Positions 50,604-58,899 of a stretch of DNA of 64,000 nucleotides are shown one piece after another. The stretch covers positions 12,633-76,632 of the forward strand of contig CAZSQN010000002.1 of NCBI GenBank assembly GCA_964609095.1, given 5' to 3'. The stretch's first letter is position 1; every line of letters starts with the position of its first letter. This DNA is from an uncultured Gammaproteobacteria bacterium (GTDB lineage Bacteria; Patescibacteriota; Patescibacteriia; CAZSQN01). Made by a program: the position numbers and the translations under genes. Under the pieces are notes generated by a model. The model saw nothing but the letters and a program-made list of their open reading frames with translations, was not told the DNA's origin and ran no database searches.

Positions 50604-51263
50604 TCAAAATTTATTTCTTAGCCACCCCAATCTCACCACAACAGCCGCCTTCCCTACCTGCCAAAACATTTTAATGTAACCGATGAGTCCGCGCCAAAAA
50701 CCGACTTTCTGCATCTTTTTTTTAATTGTCACTCCGGGCATCATCACCCGCGCCACCTTGAGGCCGTGCCGACTGCAATGGGCGTTTAAGGCCATCTCCA
50801 CCATAAAACCTTTTACCAAATTATCCGGTATATGCTCAAATACTCCGCGAAGCATTGCCCGCTCCCCGCCGATTGGCGGCGTATGCATGGAAACCCAGCT
50901 TAAAAACTTTCCCCGGTCGCGGATGCCCACGCTCATCGCGGCCGATCCGGCAAACACGGGCGCGAGAATAGCTTCCATATGCTCTTTTTTAAACCCATAT
51001 AAATCAGCGTCGCTAAAAAACAAAATCGGCGCGTCGGTCATGGCAACGCCATGCGCCATTGCCTGTCCCTTACCGCGGTTTTTCGGAAGCTCATAGACGG
51101 TTGCTCCGGCGGCTCCGGCCTCGTCGGCCGTTCTATCACTGCTCCCGTCAGAAACAACAATCACATCGGAAAAAAGTCCGGAGCCAACTAACGCCCGAAC
51201 AACATTTCCGATTGTCGCTTCCTCATTAAAAGCCGGAACAATGGCGGCAACTTTAATAAGCAT
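50604..51263 (-). CDS. glycosyltransferase family 2
   Basis: PAFNEE, DGSSD, GKG, DAD. Confidence 0.9.
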   Translation of the reverse strand: MLIKVAAIVPAFNEEATIGNVVRALVGSGLFSDVIVVSDGSSDRTADEAGAAGATVYELPKNRGKGQAMAHGVAMTDAPILFFSDADLYGFKKEHMEAILAPVFAGSAAMSVGIRDRGKFLSWVSMHTPPIGGERAMLRGVFEHIPDNLVKGFMVEMALNAHCSRHGLKVARVMMPGVTIKKKMQKVGFWRGLIGYIKMFWQVGKAAVVVRLGWLRNKF

Positions 51264-51271
51264 AAGTCATC

Positions 51272-53920
51272 TTAGTTTTTCCTGCGATTCAAAAATATCC
51301 GTTTCATCAGTTCTATCAAAAACATCTTAAGGATAGCAAGTGAAAAAATGGCTGTCCACGCGACGCCCGTAAGAGGCACGGTGCGCAAAAACCGCTGCAA
51401 GGGAGGCGCGTAGACCGCGGCAAAAAGAAGAAGAAAACCAAAAAACACGGACGGAGTTAAAAGATAATTTCCCAGCGGATTGGTTTGCCAAAAAGGCCGG
51501 CGCAGAGAACGGATCACATATACAAAAAACAAAGAATCCAAACCCAAAGAAACAAAAAGGAAAGTCCTTATTTCGTCCATGGCCATGCCTTTTTTGAGCA
51601 AAAGAAAAAATACTCCGAGCAAGGCGGCGTCCGCCACAAGAGTAACAAGCGCCACGGATGCCCGCATGGCGCGATCCACTATGGCGCCGCCGGGTGAGCG
51701 CGGCGGCTCTTTCATAATACCCTTGTCGCCAGGATCAAAAGCCAGCGCGATGTTGGGAAGAGTATCTTCAACAAGATTAACCCAAAGTATCTGGACAGGG
51801 AGCACGGGCAGCGGCAGTCGGGCAAACAATCCTCCGGCAATAAGCACCACTTCGGAAAAACTTGATATCAAAAGATATAAAACGACTTTTTTTAAATTAT
51901 CATAAATTATCCGTCCTTGCTTCACCGCCTCGACGATTGTTTTCAAATTATTATCCAGCAAAACGAGGTCGGACACCTCTTTGGCCACCTCCGTGCCCGA
52001 ACCCAAAGCGATCCCGATATGGGCGGATTTGAGCGCGGGCGCGTCATTAACCCCATCGCCGGTCATGGCCACGACCTCTCCCCGACGGCGCAGCGCCTCC
52101 ACGATCCGCACTTTGTGCCTTGGTTCAACCCGCGCGAAAACAAAAATATTTTCAATCTTTTCCATAAGCCCCTCATCGCTTATTTTGTCTAAACGAACTC
52201 CGTCAAACAAATGTCCTTCTTCGCAAGGTATGCCCACTTCTTTGGCCACGGCGCGAGCGGTTGCCGCGTGATCCCCGGTGAGCATTATGGTTCTGATGCC
52301 CGCATCGCCCGCAAATTTGATGGTGTCAGCGACATTTTTTCTTACCGGATCTCTTAGTCCAAAGACGCCGACAAAAATAAAATCGGCGGCGGCAATCTGC
52401 GGCTCGGAAAAATTAGAAATATTGCCGGCCGGCCGATAAGCAACGGCTAAAGTGCGTAGCCCTCGCCTGGCCAGCCCTTCAATTTTAGCGCGAATCTTTT
52501 TTTTGGATTCCTCGGTCAAAAGAACGGTTCGCCCTTCAATTATTTCAAAACCGGATTGCGCCAGAACGATCTCCGGCGCTCCTTTCATATAAATTGAAGA
52601 ATGATCGCCAAAACGATGAAGCGTTGCCATATACTTTCTCTCCACATCAAACGGTATCTCATCAACCCGCGGACTTTCTTTAAGCAAAATCGCCTGATCC
52701 AGACCGGCCTCCCGGCTAGCCAGAAACAGGGCTTTGTCAACCGGATCCCCCAATATCTCCCACTCTTTAAGTTCCGCTTCCGGATTTCTGACCAGCGCGT
52801 CATTGCAGAGCGCGGCTATACGGAGCGCAAAGATATGCGACGCGCGGCGCTCCCTCCCGGATTCATGAACCGTTGCCTCTTCCTCCTCCGGCGTCCACAA
52901 ATGCGAAACCCTTAGTTCACCCTCGGTGATAGTTCCGGTTTTGTCCGTGCAGATGACGCTTACGCTCCCCAATGTTTCGGCGGCAATCAATTTTCTAACC
53001 AAGGCCTTTTGTTTAAAAATCTTTTGCATGCCGATGGCAAGAATAACGGTAACGGCTAACGGCAAACCTTCGGGAATCGCCGCCACGGCCACAGCCACTG
53101 AAGTCAAAAACATTTCCGCCAGCTCTCTTGCCTGGAGAACGCCTATGCCAAAAATAATGCCCGCGATTACAATAATAAGAATGCCTAAATTGCGCCCCAT
53201 TCGCGAAAGCTCTGCTTGGAGAGGCGTGGGACGCTCTTCTATTTGACCCAAAGATGCGGCTATTTTCCCCAATTCGGTATTTTGACCGATTCCGACCACA
53301 AGAGCGAGCCCGCGGCCGCGGGAGCAAGAAGCTCCGGAATAAACCATGTTGCGCCGTTCCGCAAGCGGAGTTCCCGGAGGCATGGCCTCTATTGATTTGG
53401 AAACCGGAGCGGATTCGCCGGTTAAGACCGCTTCATTGGCTTTAAAATCATGCGCCTCTATCAAACGGGCATCAGCAGGAATCCTGTCTCCGGAAGAAAG
53501 CACAATCACGTCTCCCGGAACAAGCTCGCTGGCCGGACTTAATGTCGGAACGCCATCGCGCAAAACCACCGCCTTCAAAACCACAAACTTTTTAAGCTCG
53601 GCTAATGCGGCCTCTGACTTGGCCTCCTGATAGAAACCCAAAAACACGTTTATAAACAAAGCGGAAAAAATAACCGCGGCGTCAACAATCTCGCCCAAAG
53701 CCACACTCACTCCCACGGCGCCAAAAAGTATCCACAAAAGCGGACTCTTGAATTGATTTAAAAATATCTCCCATCGTTTTTTGGGAGGAGGCGGAGGCAG
53801 TTCGTTTGGTCCGAAATCCTTTATTCTCCGCTGGACTTCGCCGCCCTCAAGACCGCGCTTTGAGCTCTTAAGTTCCCTTAATGCTTCCGCGATGGATAAA
53901 GAATGCCAAAGAATGGACAT
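51272..53920 (-). CDS. P-type cation-transporting ATPase (P2A-like)
   Basis: TGES, PEGL, DKTGT, KGAPE, TGDGVND. Confidence 0.96.
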   Translation of the reverse strand: MSILWHSLSIAEALRELKSSKRGLEGGEVQRRIKDFGPNELPPPPPKKRWEIFLNQFKSPLLWILFGAVGVSVALGEIVDAAVIFSALFINVFLGFYQEAKSEAALAELKKFVVLKAVVLRDGVPTLSPASELVPGDVIVLSSGDRIPADARLIEAHDFKANEAVLTGESAPVSKSIEAMPPGTPLAERRNMVYSGASCSRGRGLALVVGIGQNTELGKIAASLGQIEERPTPLQAELSRMGRNLGILIIVIAGIIFGIGVLQARELAEMFLTSVAVAVAAIPEGLPLAVTVILAIGMQKIFKQKALVRKLIAAETLGSVSVICTDKTGTITEGELRVSHLWTPEEEEATVHESGRERRASHIFALRIAALCNDALVRNPEAELKEWEILGDPVDKALFLASREAGLDQAILLKESPRVDEIPFDVERKYMATLHRFGDHSSIYMKGAPEIVLAQSGFEIIEGRTVLLTEESKKKIRAKIEGLARRGLRTLAVAYRPAGNISNFSEPQIAAADFIFVGVFGLRDPVRKNVADTIKFAGDAGIRTIMLTGDHAATARAVAKEVGIPCEEGHLFDGVRLDKISDEGLMEKIENIFVFARVEPRHKVRIVEALRRRGEVVAMTGDGVNDAPALKSAHIGIALGSGTEVAKEVSDLVLLDNNLKTIVEAVKQGRIIYDNLKKVVLYLLISSFSEVVLIAGGLFARLPLPVLPVQILWVNLVEDTLPNIALAFDPGDKGIMKEPPRSPGGAIVDRAMRASVALVTLVADAALLGVFFLLLKKGMAMDEIRTFLFVSLGLDSLFFVYVIRSLRRPFWQTNPLGNYLLTPSVFFGFLLLFAAVYAPPLQRFLRTVPLTGVAWTAIFSLAILKMFLIELMKRIFLNRRKN

Positions 53921-53985
53921 ATGTGAATAGCATATCATATCCGCGCGCGGGACGATTCTAAAAAAAGGACTAAAAAAGGGACGGC

Positions 53986-54336
53986 TTAAGCCGCCCCGGA
54001 GGTCGCAAATATGATGTTATTTTGAAGTTTGAACTCGTGAAGCCAGCTCTCATAGACGCGATTGCCGGGGGTTGAACCGGAGCTCATCAAAGCCCAATCC
54101 GTGACAATTTTTTCAAAAATAAAGCTTGCCAGCTTGTAGCAAAGATCAAAATCGTGCCCGATATGTTCAACCATTCTAAGCGCGGCAATATGCTGCGCCG
54201 TATTGAAAGCCGGAATGGTGATGCACTCCTCAATGCCGGGCACAGTCAAAAGAACGCCGGAACTTCTTGCTTTTAGCCCGCGGCCGAAAAAACTCCTGCC
54301 GCGAAACCGTTTGGTAACGGGCTTTGCTTTAGCCAT
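53986..54336 (-). CDS. hypothetical protein
   Basis: SD GGAGG and TTGACG promoter upstream. Confidence 0.55.
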   Translation of the reverse strand: MAKAKPVTKRFRGRSFFGRGLKARSSGVLLTVPGIEECITIPAFNTAQHIAALRMVEHIGHDFDLCYKLASFIFEKIVTDWALMSSGSTPGNRVYESWLHEFKLQNNIIFATSGAA

Positions 54337-54429
54337 TTCAAGTCCTCCACCGGCTTTTTATCACAATTTTGCCTTGGCGTCAAGTCGCGCGGATAAAAAA
54401 TTCTCCGATGATTGTCATCGGAGAAGAAA

Positions 54430-54726
54430 TTAGCGGCGCTGTCTGTGATACCTGTGGTAATGAGGCGGAGCCGGACGGTAATGCCTATTGTAATGATAGT
54501 AGCGCGGCGTGATGTAGACCGAAGGCGGCGGCGGAGCAATATACCAGTGATAGCGGTAGTAAGGCACATAGTAGCTCTCCATTACTCCGTACTCATGCCA
54601 ATGGCAAAAACCATTGAAACAATGCCAATATCCGCTTTCCACCTCCGCGCGAGCTCCGAGAGTGGCATAACAGCCGCCAATTAGGAGCGCGCCCAAAAGA
54701 GCCAGAAAAAGAACTGTCTTTTTCAC
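54430..54726 (-). CDS. Tyr/His/Arg/Pro-rich small lipoprotein
   Basis: SD GGAGG, GTG start, lipobox IGGC. Confidence 0.7.
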   Translation of the reverse strand: MKKTVLFLALLGALLIGGCYATLGARAEVESGYWHCFNGFCHWHEYGVMESYYVPYYRYHWYIAPPPPSVYITPRYYHYNRHYRPAPPHYHRYHRQRR

Positions 54727-54812
54727 TTTCTAACCTCCTAAAAGAATGATAGTATAAAAATAAAATTATTTCAACGCGCTCTCGCGTCTTTTAATCTCTA
54801 ATCCTCAATAAA

Positions 54813-54951
54813 GAAAACACTCCGCTTATGGCGGAGTGTAATCATATGACCCGGCTGGGATTCCTCTCGCTCCGACTCGAGCCTGGGCGCTATGCACTAA
54901 ACGCTCGCCAGCTCGCATTTACTCGCACTCTTCGAATCCCAATTCTATTTT
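54813..54951 (-). repeat. tRNA-associated element plus duplicated tRNA-Lys 3' end and trailer
   Basis: 54813-54863 is identical (51 bp) to 54952-55002. Confidence 0.88.
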
Positions 54952-54985
54952 GAAAACACTCCGCTTATGGCGGAGTGTAATCATA

Positions 54986-55058
54986 TGACCCGGCTGGGAT
55001 TCGAACCCAGGACCCAATGCTTAAAAGGCATTTGCTCTGCCAACTGAGCTACCGGGTC
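54986..55058 (-). tRNA. tRNA-Lys(TTT)
   Basis: GACCCGG/CCGGGTC acceptor, loop CTTTTAA, GTTCGAATC. Confidence 0.93.
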
Positions 55059-55161
55059 AAACATAAAAAATATTAGCAAAAAATGTTTATTTAATCAAGA
55101 AAAGATAAAAAAACCAAGGCAAATGCCTTGGTCTGTTTTTCTCTGAAAAAATGAACCGTTC

Positions 55162-55743
55162 CTAACCGTTTTCCGCCGCGACTTGAAGAAGAAAGTCATT
55201 AAACTCATTAAGGCGCGCTCGCGCCAGAGCGTTCTCCTTTTTTGCTTCTGTCATTTCCGCTTCAATCTCGTCCAACTTGCCATCAATGGCTTTTCGCGCT
55301 TCTTGCAATTCGTTCCGCCTGATTTCAAACGCGAGAACCTTGGAGCGCGCGTCGCGCCATCGCTTTTGCAGCAATTCCCCGACGGCTCCGGGGGAAACGA
55401 CTTTTGCTTGTTTTATTTTCTCCGCGATAACCGCGTAGGTGGCGAGTTCGCTCCCATCGGACATTTCCCTGCTTTGCACGCAAACCAGCACTTTGTACGT
55501 TTCAAGATTACAAACAAGCTCTGACGCCTCGGGCAAGCTCGCGGCAATTCCGGCTTCCACCAGAATTTCAGACGGATTCACAACACGCTTTTCGCCCGCG
55601 CCGGTTCTAACTGCCACCGACCTTTCAAGCAGGAAGTCAGCCGCTCTTTTTTCATTCTCTCGCATGATTCCTGATGCGGAGACCTGATTTGGCATAGACC
55701 GCCCCGGAGCGTCAATGGATTTTGCCGATCTTGAGTTCTGCAT
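55162..55743 (-). CDS. hypothetical protein with C-terminal coiled coil
   Basis: SD AGGAG, operon-like with upstream gene. Confidence 0.6.
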   Translation of the reverse strand: MQNSRSAKSIDAPGRSMPNQVSASGIMRENEKRAADFLLERSVAVRTGAGEKRVVNPSEILVEAGIAASLPEASELVCNLETYKVLVCVQSREMSDGSELATYAVIAEKIKQAKVVSPGAVGELLQKRWRDARSKVLAFEIRRNELQEARKAIDGKLDEIEAEMTEAKKENALARARLNEFNDFLLQVAAENG

Positions 55744-55758
55744 CAGCTCGTTCCTCCT

Positions 55759-56661
55759 TTAAAGCATCCTCTTATGCGCGTAACGGACCATATCCAGCAG
55801 TTCATCCGGAGTTGGCACGGTCTTTTTGTCGCCGTCCTTGGGATAGATATAAAGAAAAATCCCGTTCAAGTGGCAGAAAAGACGGCTCGAGCGGCCGCAA
55901 TCGGGATAATCACTCCTAACCATATCCGCGATCTGCCGCAAATTTACTTTGCGCGCCTCCGGCCCCAAAAGCGTGACGCCCACGGCGTTATCGCCGTAAC
56001 GCGCCACAATCATCCCGACTTGCTCGCCGAGATTCTGAAGCGCGAAATTGCGAAGTTCTTTGCGCCCGCGGTCGGTTTCTCCAAAAAGAACCCCGCCCAT
56101 AGGCGTGGAAATAATTTTAATCCGTCCGCCCACTCCGATTTCGGCCAGCAGCGCCTTGGTGCGGCGCGTTCCGGCGTAATACGCCTTTAGGGTATAAAGC
56201 CCCCAGCGCATCCGTTCCTCGTTTGAGCAGACGGAACGGAGGCCGATGAGTCCGGCGGAAAGCGCGCGCATCAGCGAAGCAAACTGCCCTTCAATCCTAT
56301 ACGCGCCGTCCAAGCCCTTGCCGTTATCGGCGCAGCGCACAAATTCAACCATATCTCTGATCAAGTCATCGTTTTGAAACGCCTTGGGGAAACTTCGCCA
56401 AACAAGCGAAGCGGCGCACTCATTGCGCACCAGCGGGTCGTCCTGATGGTGGTCAAATTCGCGGATGCCGTCAAACCTGCCGCCGGTATCAATGTGAACC
56501 GGCTCCCGTTCTCCAAGCATCTCGCTTCCTGCACGTTCTCCGGAGCGCACAAATATCCAGTCAATATCCGATATCCAGATTCCATGCGCCTCAAGATAAA
56601 GCAGAGAAGCGGCAACCGCGTCAGCGTCCGGTTCGGAGGTGACAATCGCCCTTTTGTGCAT
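55759..56661 (-). CDS. DHH/MYG1-like phosphoesterase
   Basis: PDADA, IDTGG.FD...FDHHQ, AASLVW, DNG. Confidence 0.7.
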   Translation of the reverse strand: MHKRAIVTSEPDADAVAASLLYLEAHGIWISDIDWIFVRSGERAGSEMLGEREPVHIDTGGRFDGIREFDHHQDDPLVRNECAASLVWRSFPKAFQNDDLIRDMVEFVRCADNGKGLDGAYRIEGQFASLMRALSAGLIGLRSVCSNEERMRWGLYTLKAYYAGTRRTKALLAEIGVGGRIKIISTPMGGVLFGETDRGRKELRNFALQNLGEQVGMIVARYGDNAVGVTLLGPEARKVNLRQIADMVRSDYPDCGRSSRLFCHLNGIFLYIYPKDGDKKTVPTPDELLDMVRYAHKRML

Positions 56662-56742
56662 TTCCCCTTCTCCTTGTCTTACGGTGAAAAAATTCCAAAA
56701 GAACTCCCTAAATAAACTACATTAAAACGAATCTCTTGTCAA

Positions 56743-56851
56743 CCCCGCACACATAACCCTCATAAATATCATTAGACAATTTTGTAGGAATTTCGGTTAT
56801 ATATAATTACCCAAGATAAGTTAAATTATTTATATAGGTTTATGTGCGGGG
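56743..56851. mobile_element. MITE-like element (CCCCGCACATAA TIR family)
   Basis: CCCCGCAC(AC)ATAACC...GGTTTATGTGCGGGG, TCAA on both sides, AT-rich interior. Confidence 0.65.
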
Positions 56852-56925
56852 TCAACCCCCGGTCATGTACACAGTTAAGGCCGTTGCTCATGCTCTCCCT
56901 TTGACTAATCAAAAACTTATTCATT

Positions 56926-58062
56926 CTAAATTCCATTAACCCTTGCAGATTTTAATTTATCAGCAATTTGTCGCCATATTGTTTCTCTTAATCTTCGTCC
57001 TAAACAATAATTGTCTCCGTACTTTAAAAGTCCAAAGTATGACTGCGCTGACTGGCGGAAACTTTCGTCGGATATTTCGCCGTTCTGATACGATTCAATG
57101 TGCCGCCGCATAACGCAAAATATCCGTTTTTTTGTTTTCAACCGCAGAGTCCGATAATGTGGCCGAAACGCTTGTCCCACAAAATCAATGCCGTAAGAAA
57201 GTTTCCTGATTGAAACTTTCTTTGGGTGGAGTTCTAAACCGCGCTCTTCCAACAGATATCGCCGTATCTGAAAAAGCGTGTCTTCCAACACTGCGGGACT
57301 TCTATGTAAAATAATAAAATCATCGCAAAAACGAACATACCAACGCATACCAAGTTTTTCTTTCACAAAATGGTCTAATCCGTTAAGATAAATATTTGCG
57401 AAAAGCTGGCTGGTCGCATTGCCGAGCGGAAGTCCGCATCCGGGCTTTTCATTGGCGCAATAACTCTGTAAGATTTCTTTAATCAGCCATATAATATTTT
57501 CATCTGATATTTTTCGTCTTATAATATCCAACAGAATATCCTGCCGCACCGAATCAAAAAACTTGCGGATATCGCATTTGAGCGCGTAAACGACAAAATG
57601 ATAATTCGCGGTTGCTTGCCGGAAAAACTTTTCAAGACGGAGCACAGCCGCGTGCGTGCCTTTATCTTTTCTGGACGAATATGAGTCAAAAATAAACTGC
57701 GGTTCAAATATCGGCTCTATAATCTGAACAACAGCCTGATGCGCCACTCTATCTCGCACTATTGCTTTGCTGATATACCTGCGCTTGGGATCATTAACAA
57801 AAAAATGTTCATAAGAACCATGATAATAGGTTTTATTTAAGAGGATTTCGTGAAGCGAAAAGATGTTATTTTCCAAATCGCGCGCAAATGCCAAAACATC
57901 CGTATTGTTCATTTTGCCTTGTTTAAACTTTTCCCAAGCATTATAAAGATTTTCTAACGAGATAACTTGTTCAAAAATGTTATGACCTTGAATTACCCCC
58001 CCCCGAAGGAATTTGACAGATGGCTCACCGGCTTTGCCGGTGAAGAGTTTGGATTGGTCCAT
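56926..58062 (-). CDS. DGR reverse transcriptase
   Basis: PKRR.I, RDRVAHQA, KCDIRKFFDS, GLPLGNATSQLFANIYL, RFCDDF, GIDFVG; adjacent avd, TR and VR; start at MDQSK uncertain. Confidence 0.95.
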   Translation of the reverse strand: MDQSKLFTGKAGEPSVKFLRGGVIQGHNIFEQVISLENLYNAWEKFKQGKMNNTDVLAFARDLENNIFSLHEILLNKTYYHGSYEHFFVNDPKRRYISKAIVRDRVAHQAVVQIIEPIFEPQFIFDSYSSRKDKGTHAAVLRLEKFFRQATANYHFVVYALKCDIRKFFDSVRQDILLDIIRRKISDENIIWLIKEILQSYCANEKPGCGLPLGNATSQLFANIYLNGLDHFVKEKLGMRWYVRFCDDFIILHRSPAVLEDTLFQIRRYLLEERGLELHPKKVSIRKLSYGIDFVGQAFRPHYRTLRLKTKKRIFCVMRRHIESYQNGEISDESFRQSAQSYFGLLKYGDNYCLGRRLRETIWRQIADKLKSARVNGI

Positions 58063-58398
58063 AAACTTTACGAATTTTATAAGCTCATACATCAGGATAC
58101 CGCAAAATTTCCCAAAACAGAAAGACATACATTGGCTGAAACCATAAAATCCAAAACGCTTAAACTTATTGACGGCGTCTGGGAAGCCAATTCGCTCCCT
58201 TTGCCCGAACGCCTCGTTTTGCTGGAACGGCTGCAAAGAACGCTTGATCTTGTTAAATTGCTCATTCGCCTCATCCGCGACTTGGGCATCTATCAACTTA
58301 AAGGATATATCTATCGCGAAGCTCGACTCCAAGAAATCGGCAAAATGTTAGGTGTGTGGAAAAAAAATACGCGCAAACGGCTCGGTTTAGACCCATAA
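57982..58398 (+). CDS. avd: DGR accessory variability determinant (Avd, four-helix bundle)
   Basis: FPKTERHTLA..I, LD.VKLLIRL..DL, EIGKMLG.W. Confidence 0.9.
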   Translation: MTLNYPPPKEFDRWLTGFAGEEFGLVHKLYEFYKLIHQDTAKFPKTERHTLAETIKSKTLKLIDGVWEANSLPLPERLVLLERLQRTLDLVKLLIRLIRDLGIYQLKGYIYREARLQEIGKMLGVWKKNTRKRLGLDP

Positions 58399-58430
58399 CA
58401 AAAAAGCTCCGTATTATCGGAGCTTTTTTG
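58399..58430. terminator. bidirectional hairpin between avd and TR
   Basis: Perfect 13-bp stem CAAAAAAGCTCCG/CGGAGCTTTTTTG. Confidence 0.8.
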
Positions 58431-58442
58431 CTTCTTGAATTG

Positions 58443-58560
58443 CTTCCGCGCACCGCCCGCCTTCGTTGTCATATGGGTTCGCGAGATCATCGTCATTTCA
58501 CCTGTTCACGTTGACCCTGCCATTGTACTCGTTCGCATTCAAGGCGTTAGGCCCGAAACG
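58443..58560 (-). ncRNA. DGR template repeat (TR)
   Basis: 118-bp ungapped match to 58914-59031; AAC/AAT-rich; all 18 differences at TR adenines. Confidence 0.97.
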
Positions 58561-58819
58561 CAATGTGTCGTTTTCATCCGTAATCACCGGAGGAAACCGT
58601 GTGGTCGCCTCCCGAACTCCAAAACTCTCGGAGGGGTCTTTGACGGCATCCCGTCCTAAAAACGGCACGAAGCGGTTCAAGATAGTTTCTCTAAATTGTC
58701 TGCCTCTTTGTCCCGACACAATCGGGACAAACTCTCACAAACAAATCAAGGGTTTTGGCAACCTTCATTCCAAAATAATCGGAACGGAGATATACGAACC
58801 TCAACCAAAATTATTTTAG

Positions 58820-58857
58820 CAAAAATAAAAAGTCCCTTCAACCGAAGCTGAAGGGAC
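58820..58857 (-). terminator. hairpin downstream of DGR target (terminator and/or homing hairpin)
   Basis: GTCCCTTCAGC-TTCG-GTTGAAGGGAC followed by a T run on the minus strand. Confidence 0.8.
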
Positions 58858-58899
58858 AAGTTTCAAGCGGACAAAAGGAACAAGCGATCAGGACTCAAG

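Noticed and set aside
45704-54863. Prophage or island bounded by tRNA 3'-end duplications
   Set aside because: Each duplication lies only 105-139 bp from its own tRNA; intervening genes are housekeeping and no integrase is present
56926-58062. Group II intron or retron RT
   Set aside because: No maturase/endonuclease extension or retron VTG motif; avd, TR/VR and the GN..SQ motif indicate a DGR
58063-58332. 90-aa N-terminal extension of the RT ORF
   Set aside because: It is the antisense shadow of avd; RT-like sequence begins near NIFEQVISLENL
58498-58500. TGA recoded as Gly/Trp (code 25/4) to explain the TR stop
   Set aside because: glyA, rsmH and uvrB terminate at TGA at expected lengths and core genes lack internal TGA
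58498-58719. 73-aa ORF running into the TR
   Set aside because: No clear SD; its Asn-rich tail simply reflects TR codons; more likely the non-coding TR RNA leader
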